Assembly: GCA_963924565.1 (NCBI GenBank)
Contig: OZ004608.1
Location: forward strand, 16,306,001-16,370,000
DNA: 64,000 nucleotides
Source: Ascidiella aspersa
Taxonomy: Eukaryota
Direction of reading: 5' to 3'
In this document: in pieces, positions 11,888 to 23,400 of the stretch
Layout of the letters: each line of letters starts with the position of its first letter
Numbering within the stretch: the stretch's first letter is position 1
The notes under the pieces: generated by a model
What the model was told of the DNA's origin: nothing
The model's database searches: none
Seen by the model: only the letters and a program-made list of their open reading frames with translations
Made by a program: the position numbers and the translations under genes

Positions 11888-12481
11888 CAGGGAGTCGAAC
11901 CGGAACCGAACCGGAACCGAACCGGAACCTTATAAACTGGTTTTGGGGCATTTTTTTCTGAACCGTAACCGAACCTGAACCGTTTTTTGTAAGATTTTTA
12001 GGAGCCGAACGGGAACTGAACCGAATAATTTTGAAAGAACCTTAACCAAACCCGAACCTGAAAACGAAAGCGGTTCACTCCAGCATGACGTCACAAATTG
12101 TATTTCACAGATTCAAGTTACGCAATGTCTGTTATTTTATGAAAAAACATGAATATTGATAAAAACGTAGATTTTTTTATTATTTAGATATTAGAATAAT
12201 GACTTGCTGCTTTTTTAATACGTCACGTAACTTAGATTAAATGACTTAAAAGTCAAATATTATACTCAACATTTATTGACCCACATTTTTAGATTTAACG
12301 CAACTTATTCTATTCGAACCGGAGCTTTGTGAACAGGTTTTGAAATAAGGACGATCTAACCGGAACTGAACCGGAACTTTTAAATTGCTCGAAACCGAAA
12401 CCGGAACAGAACCGCGTTTCGAAAAAATCCTTGAACCCGAACTAAACCTGAACCGGAAAAGTCAAACGGTTCAACTCACTG
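11888..12481. mobile_element. hAT MITE with (GAACCG)n sub-terminal repeats
   Basis: TIR CAGGGAGTCGAACCG / CGGTTCAACTCACTG (13/15); 8-bp TSD AATTAAAT at 11880-87 and 12482-89. Confidence 0.85.
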
Positions 12482-12894
12482 AATTAAATGTCTATGAAGG
12501 AAAACCAAGCTAAAATGAAAAAAGAGAGTTAAGAAGAGTGCTGAACACAGCAAGTGTACTGTTTGACAATAATTTTGAATCCTGAAACCTAAATGCATTT
12601 TTGGGAAGGTATATTTTAACACAACAGCAATGTTTTTGGCCTACTCAAATTGCCACAATCATCTTGATAAGTGCCAATGGGCTATGGTTGGCTATGGGCT
12701 ATGTGAGTACTTCACGAAAGTTAATTGTGTGGCAACACGTATCCTATCTTTCGAAATTAGACCCATAATATTTGATATTTTTTCGCGCAGTCGCTGGGTT
12801 GCCATATCTTTAAACGTATTTAAACCCGATTGCAGTTGCACATACAAGTTTCTCAAAAAATATTTGTTTGATCTCTAAAATTTTCACGACTCGC

Positions 12895-14062
12895 CAGGGG
12901 CGCCCGCAGAAAATTTTCCAGGGGTGGGGCAATCAGGGGCGTAACCAAAAAATCAAAAAGAGGGGTCCTGAATTTTCCACTTGGGGAATTCCCCTATTTT
13001 TCGTCTGACGTTTATAAATAATGACGTCATAAAACAGTGACAGCATGACGTCAAAGAATGGTGATTGCAAAACGTGATAAGAAAACTAATCAGAAACAGC
13101 CAAATACGTCCAGTAAAAGCGACCACGTCCGTCGTCGACAATCCTGTCAGGCGCCAGCTGCGAAATCACGGTGTGCAATCGTTTACATTAAGCAAAAAAA
13201 AAAAACCAAGGCCGTGAAATATATGTGATTAATTGTAGAATCACACATATTTCGACTACCAGCAGCGCACTTTTCAAGTTCCATGAACGGACCGAGCGCT
13301 AAATTACAAGCACGTGTTTCACCACTTGCTATACTAAAACAAAGATTGTTTTTGGTGTTATTATGGTGTTATTATGCCACGATTAGCGCAACATCTGCGC
13401 CAAGCTGTGTGCAAAGTAAGCTAAATTACAAGCTGCGGTTGAGGGGAAATAATTAGCTGTGTCCATTGCACACTTAGCACGTGGTCTTAGAGTACAGTAT
13501 GCTAAAAGAGCATAATTTTGCGTTAAACATCATTACTTAAAAATGGAGACTTTGAAACGCGCCCGACAGTCACCATTATACCTCCTTTTAAGAATCTGCT
13601 TCAGTTAAATGTCGATGTTACACCCACATCGGATACTAGCGGAGAGACCGAACAGCGAGGAACTTACTGCGTTTAACTCGACGTTTTTTAGCGACAAAAA
13701 AGGGAAGAAGGTTTGACTTAGCGTTGTCAATTGTCGAATACACACTTGCTAATCAGTCAACCTAAACAAATAACGAAAGAAAAAAACTTCCAGCGTTTAC
13801 GATCGACCAAACAAAAGACGAAAAACGGCGTTTTGCGCTCGATTTTGGTTTCGCGCTTCGAACAGTTTGTTAAACCATGACAAAAACGAACAAAAAACGA
13901 TAATATCACTTACAAAAAGGGGGTAAGAACTCCCGCCTACCTGAATACGCCAATGGGGGCAATGGATATTGGATGATATTTTTAACTTTCATAAGTAATA
14001 CATATTACACTTATAAATAATACTAATAATCGCATCCCCTTGCCCCCCTGCGGGCGCCCATG
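12895..14062. mobile_element. hAT-like MITE (outer)
   Basis: TIR CAGGGGCGCCCGCAG / CTGCGGGCGCCCATG; 8-bp TSD CGACTCGC at 12887-94 and 14063-70. Confidence 0.85.
12934..13955. mobile_element. hAT-like MITE nested in the previous element
   Basis: Imperfect TIR CAGGGGCGTAACC / GAATACGCCAATG; 8-bp TSD GGGGCAAT at 12926-33 and 13956-63. Confidence 0.78.
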
Positions 14063-14934
14063 CGACTCGCCCCCGTGCAAAAAACAATGAACTCCCACGG
14101 GGCCCTGCCAACTCAGCCAAACAAAAAAAATTTGCTCGGTAGAAAATTTTCCTCTAGGGAACACTGCAAGCAGCATAATTAAAAGACAGTTTCATCTTTT
14201 TAGCTTATTTGAAAATCAATTGTTTTTCAATAAATGTCAATGTGCAAGTTAGGTATAAAAAAACAAAAAATCAAACGCAACTAAAAAGTAGGTTGTGGCC
14301 TACAATGCGTTTCTTTCATATGGCCAATAAAGTATGATCAAGAACATAATATTATAACAGGCCACAACGTATACTTTTCTCACGCCCACTAAATGCAAGT
14401 GTCTTAATAGTTAAAAGAAACTTATAATGAAAATAAAGCTGAATTATTCTGCATTTTTTTTCTTCATTGGACAACGGTTATTTTGACCGGTCGCGGTAAT
14501 TCTAGCGTTTAAGGTTGAAACAAAAAAACTTTTGGGGCGGCTCAATAAGGAGATTTGAAATACATCTAATATTAATATAGTTTACTTGTGGAGTGACATG
14601 GCGTGGTTTCTCCCCTGGCGTTGACTTCATTAGTAGTTTAATGCTTGTAATTCTTTATTGCAAGCTTGACCAAAAAATTGGTCTTTAACAATTCCGAATA
14701 AGTTTTTAATAATAGATTTTGTTGGGATTATTTATGCCTAACATTAAAGTAAGTTGTTGCTTTAAGGAAAAAACCAAAAAGTAATAGGTTAGCTGATTTT
14801 TTTATTGGACATTGGCAATTCAGTTGTATATTCATCACAAAAATCTTTACTCCTTCTCTAAATTATATTTAGTCTGTAGATATTCAACCCTGATATAAAT
14901 ATTTATACGTGGCCCATAATCTTAGCCTATAGAA

Positions 14935-16203
14935 CACGGGTCACCAAACTACGGCTCGCGAGCTAGATCCGGGGCAACCAATTCGACCCACGGAATAGTT
15001 TCTTAGGGTAAGGTTGCCCATGATGGGACACGTTTTTTCAAATGATTGTAATTCTCAGGCATAACAATAATTTTGAATAATATCATGCCTACTTCATACC
15101 TCTGCCCTTTACCCTTGAAAAACACTTATAACTTTGCCTCTAGCGTTCTAACTTTTTTATAAAATCGTCTTAGAAAAAACGTTGTTGTGTCCCGTCTTTA
15201 GAAACCAGAGTTTCATATGATGGGACATTGTGATTCCCAAGATGGGACAGGAAGAATCCGTTGTTTTAAATTGATCAATTTGTACCACAAGCATTAAAAA
15301 CAACTTTAACTCCACCTGCTACACTTACATAAGTTTAAAACTAGCCTGTTTAACACAATTTCACAGAATCTTAGAACGAATTTGCTGTGGTAAGCGAAAA
15401 TTAATATTTTTAAATTAACAGAACAAGTGCGTGGTAAAGAGTGACTGCCTTGGAACTTTAGTTTAGTTGTGTCTATATTTTTACATTGAATACATTACAC
15501 AAATATTCTGCCTGTGTTGATAGCTCTCAGCACACACGACCTAGGCCAAATCTTGTCTGTTTGCTCGTTTGTATTTTAGTGGACTTTTAAACAATAATTT
15601 TGTTTGAATTCGAATAGGTATGGTTTTTGTTAAGTGAAGTTTTACCTGCATTTGCAATATTTCTTACATACATGTTGATACGGTGATCCATTTTAACCAG
15701 GTGCATTTTTTAACGTATTTTATGGATAGGGAAACCGTATAAAAGGTTTTACGTCATACATCAAAAATTTAAAATTAACTATAAAGTCCCGACTCAGGCA
15801 ACGTCCCATCTAGGGCAACCTTCTCCTAAGAAAGATAAAGTTCAGTTAAAATGTTATCGAATGCATTTCAAAACGACATCTTTAACTGTAGCCTACGACG
15901 ATTTTTGATAATGCCCACTACAGTTGTTATTGCATAGTTATTTATATTTCCCTCGTAGGCCCTAACAATAATTAAGTTAAAAAATTTCGACAAATTGTAT
16001 TTATCCGACCCGCGATTGCAAATCCCAACAGTTATCCGGTCCGCGATGGACACTCCTTTCAGTTATTCGGCCTAAAACAAAATCAAACAAAGCAAACATC
16101 TCAAAAAAGCACGTTTCTATAATATAAGCAAATTAGTTTTTTTAAGACGCTGTACTCAAAAATGAGCACAAACCGTAGAAATAGGCAATAAATGGTAACC
16201 CTG
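14935..16203. mobile_element. Old hAT/Charlie-like MITE interrupted by a younger insertion
   Basis: Left end CACGGGTCACCAAACTACGGCTCGCGAGCTAGATCCGG; right end TGGTAACCCTG; TSD only approximate. Confidence 0.45.
15006..15826. mobile_element. Tc1/mariner-pogo-type MITE
   Basis: TIR of about 24 bp, GGGTAAGGTTGCCCATGATGGGAC / GTCCCATCTAGGGCAACCTTCTCC, flanked by TA on both sides. Confidence 0.75.
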
Positions 16204-16873
16204 CCTATAAAGGACCAAGGTTTTTCCTTAAAGTATCGTTTTCCAACGTGGGCGGTACCACCCCCATGTGGACGTTAAAGAGTTTTTTCCAACTATGTTT
16301 TTTTTACTTTTTATGCCGCCTCGCAATCCAGCATCTTAAATCGATCCCCGGGTTTGCTGTAACGGGCGATCAAAGAATCTGTCGAGCTAAACGAGGGCTA
16401 GTACAAAAAAGGTTGTGAAACACTGCCATAAAGAGAGCGGGAACCTACGGACACGGTGTTAGCGTATGACCAGGGACGGGTCCAGTAGTTTAGGGGGAAG
16501 GACGTCATGTCAAAACATGACGTCTCTAAGTGAGGTCAAAACGAGGCGCAAAAACTTCCTTGACCTAGTTCAAATTGGCCAAAATAAGTTCTTTGGGTCT
16601 TGTATTTTACAGACTACACTGTTCCTGATAACGCTTTTACCACAGTAAACGGTTTGAAATAAATCCCCTAGGAGGGAAACTTCTATATTTAAATATTTCA
16701 CAAATTGTTTCCAGTAAGCTCGCAAATGACCTTTTTTAACCATCCAAATGCCCTTTAAGAACAAAAACATTTAATATTGTTAACCTGTTAGCCGTTTAAA
16801 GATAGTTATTTTGTTTAAAAAAAACAGTAACAATTAAATCCAAGTCCAAAACCAACTTTTTGTTAGTGCGGCT

Positions 16874-16879
16874 TTTATT
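16874..16879 (-). terminator. Putative CYP26 polyadenylation signal
   Basis: AATAAA on minus strand about 555 nt after the stop, followed by a G/T-rich tract (gttggttttggacttggattt). Confidence 0.5.
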
Positions 16880-17433
16880 ATCTACAAACAACACATTTAA
16901 ACAAGAGCAGAAAACTTACAAAATAACGGAACAAAATACGACACACCTTTGCGCATTGGAAGGGACTTAAACGTATAGGTAGACTTTAAAAAGGCAAAAA
17001 TGCCAACAATCGACGGGTGATAGTTTTATGAAGCTGCAGCAGTTCGTCAAAACTGACGAATGGCTTCCATTGATGTATACCCATGAGTACGATAAATACT
17101 TGCCGGTAGTTTCACGTTGTTTCGTTATTTTTTCTATGCACTGACGAGCATTTCAAAAGCAACAGTAGAAAAGTATTGGCAAGAAGGGGCAAATGTTGCG
17201 TAGATCTCTTTGCAAGGAGAATGGTAGTGGGACTGGAAGAATGCCAAAAAGTTGACACAAACGGGATAAACGATAGTCCAAACATGCGTGAGGAAATGAG
17301 TTAACGAGTAAGAATGGTGGTCACTTGGCGCAAGCTTGCGGTTACTAAAGCATCGTCAGCTCTTCCGTTAGGTGGCGTCGCGGAACTGGCTTTCTGAAGG
17401 ATTATAGTTGGAACATGCGCGAGAGACAATGAT

Positions 17434-20400
17434 TTACAAAACCCCAGGCACTTCACGCGCGTCGAGTCGGGCCGGAAGACCGTCGGATGGCCGTATCGTT
17501 GGAATCACGCTCATTTTTGGTGGGTTGGCGCCGGTGAGTTGGCAGCGTCGGAAGTGCCGGACGAACTCGATCAGGCTGAGTTTGATGACGAGTCGCGCAA
17601 ACTCCTGGCCGAGGCAGACGCGCGGACCGCAGCCGAACGGAAGAAACCTGAGACGAAAATGGAGGCATGGTCAGATTTCTGGTTTGTATGATTTTAGAAA
17701 CTGACCGAGTTTCCGAAGAGCAGCTCCTATACCATTTCTTTGGAGCATAATGGCTGGAGTTTGTAGTAAGACGTAATAAATATATCAAATCCCATACAGA
17801 AGTAGGTATCATTTTGAACGTTTCGAATAACTCTTTATTTATTTTCAACGTCGATGATTTTGTTATACCATTTCAGTGTTTCTAATTTTTGTTGAGCTTT
17901 TTTCTTCACATATAAACTCATTTCATCCCCGTTCCAAGATATTTCAATATTACCATTTGAATATAACACTAGCAAACATCGAAACAAATGAGTTCACCAG
18001 ATGAATTCCAACGACCTCAAATGTCAGTACAAAGAATGACGTCACTTGCGGTTTGAGAACAATGATTGCAAAAAGCGTCGTACCTGTATTTGGTTTGCTT
18101 TCCGTCTGCTGTGCTGGCAAATCGGTCTGGGTCGAATTGGTTCATGTCGCCGTCCTCACATTCATGTGTGTCGAGAATGTTGTACAGCACCTTCCATCCT
18201 TTCGGAATGCGGTATTCCTGTAAAAATTAAAAAATATTTAACATTTGGGTTTGTGTTGGAAAATTTGTAAGTTAAAGGTCTATAATCGTGCGATAAAAAC
18301 ACTTGAGAAATGAAGAAGGTTTATCTTTAGATGAGGCAGTCCAATAAGCAGTTAATGTTCTTATAGTGATGTTTAACATAACGTTACAGCATCTTAATAA
18401 GCTCGAAATAACAAATAGTGTGCGGTGAAACCAGATCGAAGCCGACACGCAGTGATTTGAAAAGGGTTTTATCTGCCAGATTGATTGCGACAAATCGCAT
18501 CCTCTTCCGCGCAATCACCATATTTCAATCGCAGCGTCGCGTTGGTGTTACGCGCGACAACCATCGACGCAAAAGAACTTCCTATTCCAGATTCTAACCT
18601 GACGAACCCTTAAGGCTGACGTGTTTGAATGTTTGTTTCAAGTCAACGAAAAGCGATGTTTTTGTTTTTTTAACACTAAGAAGACTATTTCTAGGTCATC
18701 CTTAACAAAAAACTTCATGTTTCAATGCTTTTTGACTTTTAACTCTTATATCAAACTTTATTCATACCATTGGCCATCGACGCTTAAGGCCTTATAAACG
18801 CATGTTAACCGCATCGGTTATCTTGTAAAGCGCCGAAAGCGAAGCAGGAACTGTTTCGATAAGATCTAAATAGGATTTTCTAGCAGCGTTTCGAACTTCA
18901 ATCATAAACACATTTCGCATTCGTCTTGCCGTCGAAGAACAGCGAGCGCGTGGCAAGACGGTCTGCAAAACTTCTCGGTATGTCGCTTGCAGCGGGAGCG
19001 TGTCGCGCAGCTTCGGGCGCTTGGCAGCGACACGCGATCGCAAATAAGCGACAAGCGGATTACACCCGGCTCAATTCGCGGCGAACTATATAAAGCGCCC
19101 AGTTCCGATGCCGCACGTGTACCATTCGCTACCGCAAAACCTTACAAGGCGACAGCCGTTGTTGAAAGCGTATTAATTGATCGCGCAACTACGCACAACG
19201 AATGGCGCCAAACAAAAATGGCAAGGTCTTGGCCGCTTTGATTCAGTTAAAGGCAGACGTTCACAAGGTCATGCAATCAGTGTGTGGCAGAAGTTTACGT
19301 CGGTATAGGTATTAAGCGCTGCCACCATTTCCGGTTTTCTTCCGAAAATACCAAGTTCGAATTAACTTACTTGGGCACATTTTCAAATACATAACATTTT
19401 GCTAAAAATTCCAGCAAAATTCTAGACTATCAGTCAAGCTAAAGGGAAATCCGAGTAAGACGTTGACGAATAACAGTTACTGTATCACTGACACCCGCAA
19501 TGTGACCTCAACCGAGTCCTCGCCCGGGTGCTTCGTCACTTTGGGCCGACCACACGAAGGCAACTTTAGCGTTGATCCAGTTGCGAAATTCAGGTTGCGG
19601 CCTCGTGTGTGATTTACATGTTGTTGCCAACAAAACGTTTTCGCCCCGGGTGAGATGTGAGCCCGTCACGACTTTTCACCGGAAAGTGTGGGTTGCGCGC
19701 AGCGGATTAGCACCGCTGATGGTGACAGAAATGCTTGTTTCCGGGCGGATAATAGTTTTGACGGAAGCGCCTGCGTTCTTTATCGCATAGGTTTAAAGTG
19801 TTTTTTTTTCGCTAAATAATAAACCAAGAGGCATAAAGTGTTGCTGTCACAACTTCATAGACTTCAAATTTAATAACTTCATAAAATTAAAATGAAGTAT
19901 TTCTCTTACCCCGAGTTGAAAAGTTTTCTTTGCTCTTCTGTAGCCTCCAAGTACGGCCGGGCGTTTTCTCAGGGTCTCTTTGAGTACTTGGTCGAGGTAG
20001 GTGAGTTGGTGGATTTCGGAAAGTTCTAATTCTTCCTCGCTTGTAATGTCTTTGCTCGGCGAGTCGGACAAGAGTCCGTGCCGGAGCATTTCTTCCTCCA
20101 TATTGCGGAACACTTCCGGGTGGTTGGAGACCTCCATGATGGCGGAGGTGAGGACACTTGAGGTGGTGGCGTGACCGGCGAACATCAGCTCCAGCACCAT
20201 CTCCTTCATCGCGAGATCGTTAGACGCGGCCTGATAAAGAGCCTCCTCCGACACCGAACGCTTCGTCTCCTCCATATTGTTTTTATTTAAGTTATTGTTG
20301 TTATTGTTCATGTTGGAATTCGTCTCTTCTCCGAGTCTGTTAAAAAAGTATAGAAGTTTTACTTTTCACCGTTCTCTGTAATGAGGATTTAGTTTTGTTT

Positions 20401-23400
20401 GTTGCGTGTAAACTCGGACGCAGCGAAGGTAAGTCATGCTATGAACGCCGGATTAGTGGCAACGCCAGCAAGTTTAGCTTGCACTGAAAAAGGTGGTTAG
20501 CCACTTCGGAGGCTGAGATCTTGCTACAAGGTTGTTTACAGAATGGAGATCGTTCGACGAAACATGCAGGCGCACGTAAACATAACGGGGATTGGGAGCA
20601 AGTTTGTCGAGCGCATCCCGCGGTTGCTCGTCCATCAGCCTTACAACGAGTCACATCAAACAACCATGAGGTAGGTTAGTGTCGTGTTTACCTCGCCTGG
20701 CGCCTCCACACGTCGACGTGGATGTTGCTGAACGCATCTCGGATCTTTTCCGTCGTGCTTTCCTCGACCCCTTCTTTTTCTTGCCTCCACTGATGGGATA
20801 GCTGGGTACGCTTCTCAACCAGCAGTTCCTGGAGTATTTTGAAGAGCCTTTCGCGGCCCTTTAGCGCCTGCGAAAATACACAATTATTAATTGGTATAAA
20901 TTTTAAACAAATCGCAAAATTTTGAAATTCAATTGTACCTTATTGAGTCCCAGACCGGGAATGTTAAAGGGAAGACTCAGCAAATTGTTGGTGATGGCAA
21001 GGAAGGCTTCGCGCAGTTCATTCCTCTTCTGAGTGTCACCCATTTGAAGACCCACGAGGACGCTGAGCGCGATGTTGAACGTCATCTTCTCAACGTGCTT
21101 TAGAATCTTCGGCTCCTCGCATTGCTTCAGGCCCTCCATCTGCGGATAGAAATCAGTTAAGAGAAAGTGCATCGTTCCGGAATACAGGTTATAATTATAC
21201 AAAAAACTGTCGCATACATTTAAAGTGATTGGTTAATAAGTGTCTTGCAACACAAGTGTCGCATAAGTAGGAAAAATAGTTCGAAAGAAATACATTTAAC
21301 TAAATAAGGGAAATTCTCCTACAAAGGTTTCACGAATTGTCACAGCGCTTTGTAATGTCAACTATAAATAAAACTATCATATCATATCGTAGTGGCAAAC
21401 CGGTTGCCCAAGATAATGAACCGTATTTATAATAACGCCCCTTGGTTTGTATTCATAAAGTACACCTCTGTTTGTCTTAATTTACAAATGCATCACATAA
21501 GCCAAGTTTCCCACGATTTTCAAGGACGAGACGACTTTAAATCGTCGTGTGACCCAAACTGTCAATTGGGCGTATTACAAATTTACCGATAAACATTTAA
21601 ATCTTGCGATGCTGATGCGTAGACGGAGTTCAACGATATACATATACACATCGTATGCACAAATCCTAGTTAGGCGATTTATGTTAGTTATTTAGAATTG
21701 CTGTTTATCTAATTTTAACCAATCACGCTGCTGTCGTAAAAATGTTTGAGGCCGATGTTTCTTGTCAATACGGCTTTAGTAATATAACGGCTTGGCGTAT
21801 AGAGCGGCGGGACAAGTTTTCGCCATTAAAGACACGTTGGCGAAATTTATATCATTTTTTTCTAAAATAGAAATTACATTAATTTCCTATATTTGGCGGT
21901 CAACTACGTTAGAGAAAAAACGACTGAAAACTTCGACATACACCGCATCCGTCACTCTGCGTTTTTAGAGGCTGTTAAGTTTTAATTGTCGCTTAATGGT
22001 AATGTGGTAATTTTCAGAAATGTTTTTTTTAACATTTACCGAGGCTTTTAAAAGTGACTTAATGGCGTTTAATCCTATCTGAAGCAAGAAAAGTGAATGT
22101 TGCCCGGTTTTACTTGTTAATCAAAATGGCCACGGTAGCGGGTAAGGAATAAATCCACAGCCAAGTTTCTTTCAGCACACCCCTCACAAGCTCACCATGT
22201 TCTGACATTCCTTGCGTATGACGGGCGCGTAGTTGTTGAGCGCCTCCCGCGTGAACGCTTTCGTGGCAATCTTGCGTCTGTGGTAGTGCATCTGACCAGT
22301 GCTGTTCGCCACCGTAAGCTCGCCGAGACTTTTCCGAATCGTGTAAGGCCAGTCGGTGGTCACCTTGTCATGTTCGCTGCTCAGCACCTATGGCAAAACA
22401 TGAGGTTGTTTGTCTTGCAGGAGACATTGTAAAACGGTTCGAGGAAAACAAATGGATTGCTAATAAAGTGTCTCCATTTACTTCACTCCATCTTGTATGC
22501 CTTACAATGTATATATTGATAACTTAAAATTAGTAAATACGATTGGGGACAAGTTTATAGTATAGGTATACATCTAAATATTTAGGTTGTGTATTTTGCA
22601 GCGTTTTCCTCAAAACCAAACGAGTTTACATCTCTAACGACTCCGAAAAATAAATAAAGGCTTACAGAAGCCTATACAAAGCGTAATAAATTTGAAAACC
22701 GTCGATATTACGGGGCCGCCCAGGCGCTCTGTGGGGCGGGGGCATTCGGGTTTGCAACAACAAAATATGTTAGTCATGTAATCTGGGATTTTCCGAGGCG
22801 AATTACCTCCTTGACGAAGTCGTGTCCCGAAACTTTCACCATTGGATCAAAAAGAACGTTGGTCTTGAACACTTTCCCGTACTTCTTGCGACGGTTGGAG
22901 TTAAATGCAGTGCCCTGAAAGGAATGTCAGGCGTTTAAAGGCTTACTTATAAATCAGACGTCACAAAACCGGTAAATTAAAATTTCTTTGTACCACTTGA
23001 AGTATAGGCAGTCGGTAAGGATGCATGCCTGACAAACCATCGCTAATAAAAACAAACAGAGCCAGGCGGCGCCACAGCATGACCCTTAACCTTGCAATTA
23101 CACTGATAAGTGGGAAAGGAACAAAGGACCGTAAAAGTTTAACGAGGGTCGCCGCAAAGGACACCAGCAGCAAAAGAAGCAGGAGCGTCGCTGTAACGCG
23201 CAGTTAAGGGAGTCGTTAAAAGGAGCAGCTTTGTTTTGCTAATTTGGTCCCGACCAGATTCGAAGACAGTTTCCATTGTGACGTAATCATGACGCATCGC
23301 GATCGCAAGTAGGGGGATGTGCGCGGTGAAACATGGATCGGTGTCGAGGGGACTCGTAAAGACCGGCGCAAGGTCGCGCTCGCGAGGTTGACCCCGACGA

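Noticed and set aside
11571-11951. 126-aa minus ORF
   Set aside because: Begins in MITE GAACCG repeats and ends in a tandem duplication.
17453-17848. 131-aa minus ORF over the CYP26 last exon
   Set aside because: Wrong frame; the heme motif is in the frame 17647-17434.
20667-20690. TGAGGTAGGTTAG resembling let-7
   Set aside because: Only the first 8 nt match, no fold-back partner is visible, and it abuts a CYP26 splice donor on the other strand.
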